A DNA stretch of 64,000 nucleotides from NCBI RefSeq assembly GCF_044792175.1, contig NZ_CP172866.1; one strand, given 5' to 3'. Shown here piece by piece: positions 40,658 to 49,290 of this stretch. This DNA is from Corallococcus coralloides (GTDB lineage Bacteria; Myxococcota; Myxococcia; Myxococcales; Myxococcaceae). Each line of letters opens with the position of its first letter. Positions within the stretch are counted from its first letter, which is position 1. The translations under genes and the position numbers were made by a program. A model generated the notes under the pieces. That model was not told the origin of the DNA. It worked only from the letters and a program-made list of their open reading frames with translations, and did no database searches.

Positions 40658-41646
40658 ACGCGCCGACTCCCGTGTCGAAGCCCATCCGCGTCTTCGGCAA
40701 CTACGAAATCCAATCGCTCCTGGGCAAGGGCGGTATGGCCGAGGTGTACCGCGCGCGCGTGCGCTCCGGTCCCCATGAAGGCTGGACCGTGGCGCTCAAG
40801 CGGCTGTTGCCCGCGCTCACCCGCGACCCGGCGTCGGTGGACCTCTTCCGCCGCGAGGCGCAGTTGTCCCGCCAGTTGGACCACCCGAACATCGTGAAGG
40901 TGCTGGACGCCGGGATGCTGGACGACGTGTCCTTCCTGGTGATGGACCTGGTGGACGGGCGCGACCTGGGCCACATCCTGCGCCGCTGCAAGGCGCGCGG
41001 GATTCCGCTCCCCGTCGACTTCGCGGTGTACCTGGCGAAGGTGCTGCTGGAGGCGCTCGCGTACGCGCACACCGCCACCGGCCCGGACGGCAAGCCGCTG
41101 GGCATCGTCCACTGCGACGTGTCCCCGTCCAACCTGTTCATCTCCCGCGTGGGGGAGATCAAGCTGGGCGACTTCGGCGTGTCGCGCGTGCTGGTGGACG
41201 GCAAGCTCCAGGGCGGCGAGGTGCTGGGCAAGCCGTACTACCTGTCCCCGGAGTCGCTGCAGGGCGCCGTGACGCCGGAGGCGGACCTGTGGGCCGCGAG
41301 CGTGGTGCTCTACGAGCTGCTCACGCTGGGCCGGCCCTTCGTGGGCACGACGCCGGAGGAGGTCTTCGCGGGCATCCTGTCGCGCAAGTACCGGCTCCTG
41401 CGCTCGGTGCGTCCGGACATCCCGCAGGCGCTGGACGACGTGCTGGCGCGCGCGTTCGCGGAGAACCCCGAGGACCGCTTCCCGTCCGCGGAGGAGTACG
41501 CGAAGGCGCTGTCGCCGCACTTCGACGAGCGCGTGGGGACGCCGCTGGCCATCGCGGCGGTGGTGCGCGGCCTGTTCGGCACCACGGACGAGATGCCCGC
41601 GTACCGCAGCTCGCCGTCCAACGGCCCCTCCGACGACAACGGGTAG
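40654..41646 (+). CDS. Hanks-type serine/threonine protein kinase
   Basis: Kinase subdomains GKGGMAEVYRA, HCDVSPSN, DFG and SPE. Confidence 0.85.
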   Translation: MNAPTPVSKPIRVFGNYEIQSLLGKGGMAEVYRARVRSGPHEGWTVALKRLLPALTRDPASVDLFRREAQLSRQLDHPNIVKVLDAGMLDDVSFLVMDLVDGRDLGHILRRCKARGIPLPVDFAVYLAKVLLEALAYAHTATGPDGKPLGIVHCDVSPSNLFISRVGEIKLGDFGVSRVLVDGKLQGGEVLGKPYYLSPESLQGAVTPEADLWAASVVLYELLTLGRPFVGTTPEEVFAGILSRKYRLLRSVRPDIPQALDDVLARAFAENPEDRFPSAEEYAKALSPHFDERVGTPLAIAAVVRGLFGTTDEMPAYRSSPSNGPSDDNG

Positions 41647-41754
41647 CCGGGCAGTCAGGGCCCTGGCGTGTGGGCCCCCAGCCGGTGGGGCCCGCTGCGG
41701 CGCCTGCCCCGGATGATGACCTTTCCTCCCGCGAACACGCACCGGGAGGAATTC

Positions 41755-41931
41755 ATGGCGACCGAGCGAAAGCAGCAGCAGCAGCCCGAGCAGCAGCAGC
41801 CCACCCGCGAGACGCGGCACGGCGACGAGCGGCTTCCGCCCAAGCCCGACGAGGCCAAGGAGGGGATGCCCGGCTACGGACAGCCCGACCCGGAGGTCCG
41901 CGAGAAGAACCTGCCCGACCAGAAGTGGTGA
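41755..41931 (+). CDS. small hydrophilic Gln/Glu-rich protein (hypothetical, 58 aa)
   Basis: ATG behind GGGAGGAA. Low-complexity sequence MATERKQQQQPEQQQPTRE... Confidence 0.3.
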   Translation: MATERKQQQQPEQQQPTRETRHGDERLPPKPDEAKEGMPGYGQPDPEVREKNLPDQKW

Positions 41932-41953
41932 GCGGCCCCGCGCGGCGCGGGCC

Positions 41954-43099
41954 TCAGCCTCCGAGCGCGCGCACCCGGGGCACGTGCGTGCACAGCGCGT
42001 CCACGACGCGAGCGACCTCCGTGCCGGTGGTGCCGGGGCCCAGGCTGAAGCGCAGGCTCGCGCGCGCGTCGGCGGGGGAGAGGCCCATGGCGCGCAGCAC
42101 GTGGGACGGGGACAGCGTGCCGGACGCGCAGGCCGCTCCCGACGAGACGCGGATGTCCTCCAGGTCCAGCGCCATCAGCAGCGCTTCCCCCTCCACGCCG
42201 TCGAAGCGCAGGTTGCTGGTGTTGGGCACCCGGGGCGCGCCCGCGCCGTTCACCGTGACGCCGGGCAGCCGCTGGAGCACCTGCTCCTCGAAGGTGTCGC
42301 GCAGGGCGGCGACCCTCGCGGCGGTGCCGGGCTGCTCCTCGGTGGCCAGCTCCAGGGCCAGGGCCAGGGCCTCGGCGTAGGGCACGTTCTGCGTGCCTCC
42401 GCGCCGGCCTCCCTCCTGGTGCCCGGGCGTCAGCGCCCGCACGTCCACGCCCTTGCGCACCACCAGCACGCCCACGCCCTGGGGGCCTCCGAACTTGTGC
42501 GCGGAGAGGGAGAGGAGGTCCGCGTCCACTTCGCGCAAGGTGAGCGGCACCTTGCCCGCGGCCTGCACGGCGTCCGTGTGGAAGAGGATGCCTCGTTGAC
42601 GGCACGCGCGCGCGGCCTCCGCCACCGGCTGCAGCACGCCCGTCTCGTTGTTGGCCCACATCAGCGAACACAGCGCGGTGTCCGGCGTGAGCGCCTCCAG
42701 CACGGCCTCCAGCGGGACACGGCCGTTGGCGTCGGGGGACAGCCGCACCACCTGGGCGCCGTCCTTCTCCAACTGCGTGAGCCCGCCCAGCGCGGACGGG
42801 TGCTCCACCGTGGTGGACACCACGCGGCGGCGGTCCTTCACCGGGCGGGCCGCGTACGCTCCCACCAGCGCGAGCGCGTCCGCCTCGCTGCCCGACGCGG
42901 TGAAGGTGATCTCCTTCGGCTCGCAGCCCAGGACGCGCGCCACCTTCGCTCGCGCCGCGTCCAGCCGGGCCCGGGCTTCGCGCCCGCCGCCGTGCACGCT
43001 GGACGCGTTGCCGAAGCCTCCTTGTGTGAAGGCGCGGGCGAGCAGGGCGCCCACCTCCGCGCGCACCGGCGCGGCGGCGTTGTGGTCCCAGTAGATCAC
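41954..43099 (-). CDS. cysteine desulfurase (IscS/NifS family, PLP-dependent)
   Basis: GTG start giving VIYWDHNAAAP. PLP-lysine region SLSAHKFGGPQGVGVL and C-terminal SSGAACASG. Confidence 0.85.
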   Translation of the reverse strand: MIYWDHNAAAPVRAEVGALLARAFTQGGFGNASSVHGGGREARARLDAARAKVARVLGCEPKEITFTASGSEADALALVGAYAARPVKDRRRVVSTTVEHPSALGGLTQLEKDGAQVVRLSPDANGRVPLEAVLEALTPDTALCSLMWANNETGVLQPVAEAARACRQRGILFHTDAVQAAGKVPLTLREVDADLLSLSAHKFGGPQGVGVLVVRKGVDVRALTPGHQEGGRRGGTQNVPYAEALALALELATEEQPGTAARVAALRDTFEEQVLQRLPGVTVNGAGAPRVPNTSNLRFDGVEGEALLMALDLEDIRVSSGAACASGTLSPSHVLRAMGLSPADARASLRFSLGPGTTGTEVARVVDALCTHVPRVRALGG

Positions 43100-44217
43100 G
43101 TGTCCTGCGCGGACAGCAGCGACACCGGCCGCTCCTCGGAGACACCAAAGGCTTCGAGGAAGCGCGACACCACCTCGCGCTTGAGCGCCTTGCGCTTGTT
43201 CGCGCTGCCGGACAGGGGCAGCCGCGCGCCGGCCATGCTGCCGTGGCCGCCGGACGAGCCGCCCAGGTCCTCGCACAGCTCACGGATGAGGCGGCCCGCG
43301 TTCATGCGCCGGTCCTTCACCCGCAGGCTCAGGAAGAGCTGGTTGCGGAACGTCCCGTACGCCAGGGACCACTTCATCCCCTCCAGGTACATCATCCGCT
43401 CGGCGACCTCCGCCACCAGGTCCGGGGAGTAGACCTCCTCCAGGTCGGTGATGATGGCGGTGCCGTAGACCTTCGCCTTCTCGATGGACGTGTGGAAGAG
43501 CTGGAAGAAGCGCGCCGGCAGCTCCGGGTGTTCAATCTGTCCCAGGAGCTGCTTGTCACAGCGGGGGAACAGCCACAGGTAGCTGTCCACGTCCGTCTGG
43601 GTCGTCTCACGGCCCAGGTCCCGCGTGTCCGCCTTGATGCCGTAGAAGAGCGCGGTGGCGATCTCCACGGACGGCTCCAGCCGGGCGGCCCGCAGGTACT
43701 CCACCAGCATGGTGGAGGTGGCGCCGAAGTCGCCGCCCACGTCCGCGAAGGGGGCCAGCAGGCTCTCCTCGCGCAGCGGGTGGTGGTCCACCACCAGGTC
43801 CGCGCGGTAGCGCGCCGGCAGCGAGTGGTTCCTCACCGGCGGCTGCGTGTCCACCAGACCGAAGAGGTCGTACTGGCTGAAGTCGATCTGCGACACGTGC
43901 GACACCGGCAGCCGCAGCACGCGCACGAAGGCGACGTTCTCCGCCCGGCCGATGATGCCGCCGTAGCCCACGTGGGCCTCGATGCCGGCCTTGCGCTCCA
44001 GCAGGTGGGCGAGCGACACCGCCGCCGCCATGGAGTCCGGGTCCGGGTTGTCGTGCGTGAGGATGAGCGCCCGGCGGTGCCCCTTGGCCACCTGGAGCAG
44101 GCGGGCCAGCTTGTCGGTGGCGGGCAGCTTGGCCAACCGCGCTGGCGGAGGCTCCGTGAGCTCGCTCCCGGCAGGCAACTGGGCGCGGCGGCTTTGGAGG
44201 GATGGGGTGACAGGCAT
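43096..44217 (-). CDS. DHH/DHHA1 family phosphoesterase (NrnA-like)
   Basis: DHH motif (VVDHHP), a C-terminal GGGH motif, and a 4-nt overlap with the cysteine desulfurase start. Confidence 0.8.
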   Translation of the reverse strand: MPVTPSLQSRRAQLPAGSELTEPPPARLAKLPATDKLARLLQVAKGHRRALILTHDNPDPDSMAAAVSLAHLLERKAGIEAHVGYGGIIGRAENVAFVRVLRLPVSHVSQIDFSQYDLFGLVDTQPPVRNHSLPARYRADLVVDHHPLREESLLAPFADVGGDFGATSTMLVEYLRAARLEPSVEIATALFYGIKADTRDLGRETTQTDVDSYLWLFPRCDKQLLGQIEHPELPARFFQLFHTSIEKAKVYGTAIITDLEEVYSPDLVAEVAERMMYLEGMKWSLAYGTFRNQLFLSLRVKDRRMNAGRLIRELCEDLGGSSGGHGSMAGARLPLSGSANKRKALKREVVSRFLEAFGVSEERPVSLLSAQDT

Positions 44218-44409
44218 GGGGACTCTTCTTTTACTTCCTCCGGCACAGGGATTCGAGAAGTCGGATGTTCTCCCCGTAACGTTCCGGAAAGGGTGTTTCC
44301 AACACCCCAATGGTGTCGACGTGCCGCGCGTTCTTCACGCCGCGGCGGAGGACGGGCGGGACGCCTGCCTTCTCGCCAGTCCTCCGGGAGCACGCCGCCC
44401 CGGACCGCG

Positions 44410-45249
44410 CTACTCCACCGTCTTGTACTTGCGGCCGAGGTCGCGGAAGTACTTCACGCCGTTGTCCAGCGAGTTCTCCATCGCGTCCATCAGCACCGTG
44501 CGGAACGTGGCCACGGGCGCGCGGAAGGACTCGTAGTAGCGCTGCCGGTCGATGGAGTGGATGACCGCGGGCATGTAGCCGTTGCGCAGCAGGATGAGGT
44601 TGCTGCACATGCGCCCCACCTTCCCGCTGTGCTCGGTGAAGGGGAAGATCTGCAGGAACTCGTGCTGCACCACCGCCGCCTGCTTGATGGGGTGGAACTC
44701 GCGGAACTCCGCGCTGGCGGTGTGGTCCACGAGCTTCTCCAGCCGGGCCTGGATCTTCGCGGGCTGGGTGATGTCGTGGAAGTAGGTGCGGTGCAGGGGC
44801 ATGTCCTTGCGCAGCCCCGCGCGGTCGCGCTCCTTGGCCAGCTCCTTCTCCGTGCGCTCGCGGCGCTCCATGCGCGCACGCTCGGCCAGCGCTTCCGGCG
44901 TGTTGCCCAGGAAGAGGTCGTGCATCCGCTTGATGGTGGTGAGCGTGAGCGCGGACTGCTTCTTCGCGCCCGCCGCCTCCTCGCGGATGTAGTCCGCCAC
45001 GGCCTTGTGGTTGCGGATCTCCAGCACCACCGGGATCATGGAGGCTTCGGCCGCGGTGCGCTCCGGGAAGAGCGCGGCCATCAGCTCCTGGTGCGTGTAC
45101 ACGACGCCTTCGAGCGCGGCGTCGTGGTAGATCCACGACATCTCGAAGCGGTCGAGGTACTCACGCGCAGGCGGCTTGCCCTTGTAGATCTCAAGGTACT
45201 CGCGCAACTGCTCGTTCTTCTCGTCGATGTCCTGGTAGCGTTCCTTCAC
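44410..45249 (-). CDS. Fic/Fido-fold protein with degenerate active-site motif
   Basis: 279 aa. Fic core region ...QHEFLQIFPFTEHSGKVGRMCSNLILL lines up with HPFx[DE]GNGRxxR, but the catalytic His is replaced by Phe and GNGR by HSGK. N-terminal DAALEG helix. Confidence 0.6.
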   Translation of the reverse strand: MKERYQDIDEKNEQLREYLEIYKGKPPAREYLDRFEMSWIYHDAALEGVVYTHQELMAALFPERTAAEASMIPVVLEIRNHKAVADYIREEAAGAKKQSALTLTTIKRMHDLFLGNTPEALAERARMERRERTEKELAKERDRAGLRKDMPLHRTYFHDITQPAKIQARLEKLVDHTASAEFREFHPIKQAAVVQHEFLQIFPFTEHSGKVGRMCSNLILLRNGYMPAVIHSIDRQRYYESFRAPVATFRTVLMDAMENSLDNGVKYFRDLGRKYKTVE

Positions 45250-45369
45250 GGACTGCGGCTCCTTCTCGCCCCGGCCCGCCCCGGGCGCTGGTTCCCAGAG
45301 GCTGCGCCGGGAGGTACAACGGCACGGAGAGTCTAGAAATTCCGCGCGGTTGGAACAAATAAAACCTGA

Positions 45370-46707
45370 CTACAGATTCACCAGGAACACCTCGCAGGCC
45401 TGGTCCAGCAGATCTTTTGAAAGGGCTGGCGGGATTTGCCGGTATCGGGCGGCGTCCCGGATGAGCGACACGAGGTCGCGGGGGTGGCAGGAGCGCATCT
45501 CCATGCTGCGCGGCTTGTAGTAGTGCTCCACCAGGTAGGTGATGGCCTGGTCCACGTAGGGGATGCCCGCCGCTTCGCACACCCGGCGGAAGATCTCCCG
45601 GTAGGACTCCTCATCCGGGTTGCCCACTTCGATCTTGTACTTGATGCGCCGCAGGAAGGCCTCGTCCACCAGCTCCTTGGGGTCCAGGTTGGTGGAGAAG
45701 ACGAGGAGCTGATCGAAGGGAATCTCGAACTTCTTGCCGGTGTGCAGGGTGAGGAAGTCCACCCGCTTCTCCAGGGGGACGATCCACCGGTTGAGCAGGT
45801 CCGTGGGGTGGACCTTCTGGCGGCCGAAGTCGTCGATGAGGAGCATGCCGCCGTTGGCCTTCACCTGGAACGGCGCCTCGTAGAAGCGGGTGCTCTCCGA
45901 GTAGATGAGGTCCAGGGTCTCCAGCGTCAGCTCACCGCCCACCACCACCGCGGGGCGCCGGCAGAGCGACCAGCGCTTGTCCATTTCGAAGGTCTGCCGG
46001 CGGCCGTTGGCGTCGCGGCCCACCTCCAGCGACACGGGCGTGTGGATGATGCGGTCGAAGACCTTGATGATCTGGTTGTCGATTTCCAGGCAGTGCGGGA
46101 CGAAGACCTCGCCGCCGAACATGTGGGAGATCGCCTCCGCCAGGCTCGTCTTGCCGTTGCCCGGCGGGCCGTAGAGGAAGAGGGAGCGGCCGGAGTTCAC
46201 CGCCGGGCCCAGCTTGTCCATCAGCTCCGCGGAGACGGTGAGGTGCCCCAGGGCGGCGACCAGGTCCTCCTGGCCCACGACGGGCGTCTCCTCCGTCTGG
46301 CTGCTGATGAGCGCGTTGTACTGCTCGATGGGCACGGGGGCCGGGCCCACGTAGGTGGAGCGGGTGAGGGCGTCGCGCGCGTACTCGCGGCCCTTCTCCG
46401 TGAGGGCGAACTCCACGGACGCGCGGCCAAAGCCCTTGCCGCCGCGCAGGTCCACGAGCTTCTCCGCGGCGAGGAAGTCCACCACGTGCTCCACCACGCC
46501 GGACCAGGGCAGGCACATGCTTTCGGCGATGGCCACGCCCGTGCCGGTGCCGGCGTAGTAGAGGAACTTGAGGCCCAGGTCCGCGAGCAGACCCATCCTC
46601 AATCCCGTGTCCTCCAGCGACTTCGGCTCACCCGGAGCGATGTCGAGGACGGACGGGTTCTCCAGCTTGAAGGGATTGTCTTCGTACGCGTAGCCGGCGG
46701 GAGGCAT
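45370..46707 (-). CDS. classic-clade AAA family ATPase with N-terminal winged-helix-like domain
   Basis: Walker A GPPGNGKTS, Walker B LLIDDFG, sensor-1/second-region-of-homology STNLDPKELVDEAFLRRIKYKIEV. Confidence 0.75.
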   Translation of the reverse strand: MPPAGYAYEDNPFKLENPSVLDIAPGEPKSLEDTGLRMGLLADLGLKFLYYAGTGTGVAIAESMCLPWSGVVEHVVDFLAAEKLVDLRGGKGFGRASVEFALTEKGREYARDALTRSTYVGPAPVPIEQYNALISSQTEETPVVGQEDLVAALGHLTVSAELMDKLGPAVNSGRSLFLYGPPGNGKTSLAEAISHMFGGEVFVPHCLEIDNQIIKVFDRIIHTPVSLEVGRDANGRRQTFEMDKRWSLCRRPAVVVGGELTLETLDLIYSESTRFYEAPFQVKANGGMLLIDDFGRQKVHPTDLLNRWIVPLEKRVDFLTLHTGKKFEIPFDQLLVFSTNLDPKELVDEAFLRRIKYKIEVGNPDEESYREIFRRVCEAAGIPYVDQAITYLVEHYYKPRSMEMRSCHPRDLVSLIRDAARYRQIPPALSKDLLDQACEVFLVNL

Positions 46708-46766
46708 CGGGTACGGGTTCTACCCGATTCCCCCGGCCGCCGGGACTTCGCGTCCGCGGACTGTCC

Positions 46767-47717
46767 TCAAACGTAGGTCAGCCAGTCCGCATAGCGGGCT
46801 TCCTGGCCCCGCACGACGCGGAAGTACATGTCCTGGACGAACTTGCTGATGGGGCCGGGCTTGCCGTCGCCAATCTGCCGGTTGTCCACCTCGCGCACGG
46901 GGGTGATCTCCGCGGCGGTGCCGGTGAAGAAGACCTCGTTGGCGATGTAGAGGGCGTCACGGGTGACGGTGACCTCCTCGATGGTGGTGTGGCCGGCGTC
47001 GCGCAGCAGCTTGAGCACCGTGTCGCGGGTGATGCCGTCCAGGACGGGGGAGGAGAGGGGCGGCGTCTTGATGACGCCCTTCTTGTTCACCATGAAGATG
47101 TTCTCGCCGGAGGCCTCCGCGACGAAGCCGCTGATGTCCAGGAGGATGGCCTCGTCGTAGCCGGCCATCACCGCCTCGCGCTTGGCGAGGATGGAGTTCA
47201 CGTACTGGCCGGTGATCTTCCCGCGCACCATGTTCACGTTCACGTGGTTGCGCGTGAAGGAGCTGACCTTGGCGCGGATGCCTTCCTTGATGCCCTTGTC
47301 GCCCAGGTACGCGCCCCAGTCCCAGGCGGTGATGCCCACGCGGGTGGGGTTCACCGCGCCCAGGCCCATGGCGCCGTCGCCCATGAAGGCGACCGGGCGC
47401 AGGTAGGCCCCGTTGGCGAACTGCGCCTTCTGCTTGCGCAGCAGGTCCAGCGTGGCCTCCACCAGCTCGTCCTCGGTGTAGGGCATCTGCAGCATGATGA
47501 TGTGCGCGGAGTCGAGCAGGCGGCGGATGTGCTCGCGCAGGCGGAAGACGGCGAGCCGGCCATCGTGGGTCTTGTAGGCGCGGATGCCCTCGAAGACGCC
47601 GAGGCCGTAGTGGAGGGCGTGCGTCATCACGTGCACGTTGCCCTCGTCCCATTTCATCAGCTTCCCATCGAGCCAGATGTGTTCGGCGCGCAGCACGGTG
47701 GATGAGGTCGAGCTCAT
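46767..47717 (-). CDS. ilvE: branched-chain amino acid aminotransferase
   Basis: Fold-type IV PLP enzyme; EGIRAY and other IlvE hallmarks. Confidence 0.9.
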   Translation of the reverse strand: MSSTSSTVLRAEHIWLDGKLMKWDEGNVHVMTHALHYGLGVFEGIRAYKTHDGRLAVFRLREHIRRLLDSAHIIMLQMPYTEDELVEATLDLLRKQKAQFANGAYLRPVAFMGDGAMGLGAVNPTRVGITAWDWGAYLGDKGIKEGIRAKVSSFTRNHVNVNMVRGKITGQYVNSILAKREAVMAGYDEAILLDISGFVAEASGENIFMVNKKGVIKTPPLSSPVLDGITRDTVLKLLRDAGHTTIEEVTVTRDALYIANEVFFTGTAAEITPVREVDNRQIGDGKPGPISKFVQDMYFRVVRGQEARYADWLTYV

Positions 47718-47839
47718 CGGGAAGTTCCTCTCGGGCTAGGGTGGGACGGCTTGGGCCTTGTACCCAGGCACCCTGGGGACGCAAAGCGTGAAACGCCAAC
47801 GATCGGCGTTCCACGGTCCTTCCCTCGCAGCGCCCTGCG

Positions 47840-48814
47840 TCAGGCCTGGGCGATGGTGGGCAGGTTGGCGCGGGCCTTCTCGATGTCGCCCTCGTATTTG
47901 AGGACGAGGTTGAGCGTGGCGGCGACGACGTCCGCGCTGAGCGCTTCCGCGTTGAGCAGCGCCAGGCTCTGCGCCCAGTCCAGCGTCTCGCTGATGGACG
48001 GGGCCTTCTTCAAGTCCAGCGCGCGGATGGCGGCGATGGCCTCCACCACCTGCTCGGCCAGCACCTGGGGGAGCTCCGGGAGGCGCGCCCGGACGATTCG
48101 CAGCTCGCGCTCGCGGTCCGGGAAGTCGATGTGCAGGTGCAGGCAGCGGCGCTTGAGCGCGTCCGACAGCTCGCGGGCGTTGTTGCTGGTGAGGATGACG
48201 CGCGGGATGTGCTTCGCCCGGATGGTGCCCAGCTCCGGCACCGTGACGGCGTTGTCAGACAGGACCTCCAGCAGGAAGGCCTCGAACTCCGGATCCGCCT
48301 TGTCGATTTCGTCCACCAGCAGCAGGGCGGGCGTGTCCGAGAGCTGGGCCTGGAGGATGGGGCGGGGGAGCAGGAAGCGTTCGGAGAAGAACACCGCGTC
48401 CCCGGACGCGAGCCGGTCCGCGGCCTCCGCCAGCGTGGACGTGCCCTGGGTCAGCTCGCCAATCTTGTCCTTGAGCAACTGCGTGTAGAGCAGTTGCTTG
48501 GCGTACTCCCACTCGTAGAGGGCCTTGGCCTCGTCCAGGCCCTCGTAGCACTGGAGCCGGAGGAAGGTCCGGTCCAGCGCCTGGGCCAGGGCCTTGGCCA
48601 GCTCCGTCTTGCCCACGCCGGCCGGGCCCTCCACCAGGATGGGCTTGCCCATCCGGTCCGCCAGGAACACGGCGGTGGCGATTTCAGGGGACGACAGGTA
48701 GCCCACCGCCTCCAGGCGACGCGCCGCGTCCTCCACGCTGGTGAACGAGCGGATCTCCGAGGTCAGTTGAGGGGGGCTCACGCGCGTCAACTTAACCGAC
48801 GGTTCCGTCCCCAC
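47840..48814 (-). CDS. MoxR-family AAA+ ATPase
   Basis: ILVEGPAGVGKTELAKALA Walker A, LLLVDEIDKADPE Walker B, and the MoxR sensor region. Confidence 0.8.
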   Translation of the reverse strand: MGTEPSVKLTRVSPPQLTSEIRSFTSVEDAARRLEAVGYLSSPEIATAVFLADRMGKPILVEGPAGVGKTELAKALAQALDRTFLRLQCYEGLDEAKALYEWEYAKQLLYTQLLKDKIGELTQGTSTLAEAADRLASGDAVFFSERFLLPRPILQAQLSDTPALLLVDEIDKADPEFEAFLLEVLSDNAVTVPELGTIRAKHIPRVILTSNNARELSDALKRRCLHLHIDFPDRERELRIVRARLPELPQVLAEQVVEAIAAIRALDLKKAPSISETLDWAQSLALLNAEALSADVVAATLNLVLKYEGDIEKARANLPTIAQA

Positions 48815-48971
48815 TGCGGCAAAAATGCCAGGGTTGTGGGGGCGCCGTCCGCACTCTTGAGGGCCGTGGGAGCCGTAACCCTGCGGAATCAGGGTGCGTA
48901 ATTATTTTCGCACCCTGGGCACGCACCGTGCATCCAAGTGGGCGTATCTCAGGACGACGAGGTCGCGGGTC

Positions 48972-49199
48972 ATGTGGGCGTGGCTGAAGCTGGCGATGGC
49001 GGTGCTGGTGGTGGTGATGCCGGGGGGCTTCCCCCTCGTGCTGGCGTACATCGCGACGCGGACGTTGTTGGAGCGCTGGCGGGTGGCGCAGGCGCAGGCC
49101 CGGGAAGAGGGCCGTCCGGTGTCAGTGGTGCGGGACGTGGTGGGCGCGCTGCACTTCCGGGACCTCATCCGTGAGGCGAAGGCGGCCACGGCGCTGTAA
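48972..49199 (+). CDS. small membrane protein (hypothetical)
   Basis: MWAWLKLAMAVLVVVMPGGFPLVLAYIA TM helix followed by a charged tail. Weak call. Confidence 0.3.
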   Translation: MWAWLKLAMAVLVVVMPGGFPLVLAYIATRTLLERWRVAQAQAREEGRPVSVVRDVVGALHFRDLIREAKAATAL

Positions 49200-49290
49200 C
49201 CGCTCGGCGCGGGGACGGTCTTGAGATGGACGAAGGGCCCGGCACTCCAGGGAGTGCGCGGGCCCTTGTCGTTTCCAGCGGAGGGGAAGG

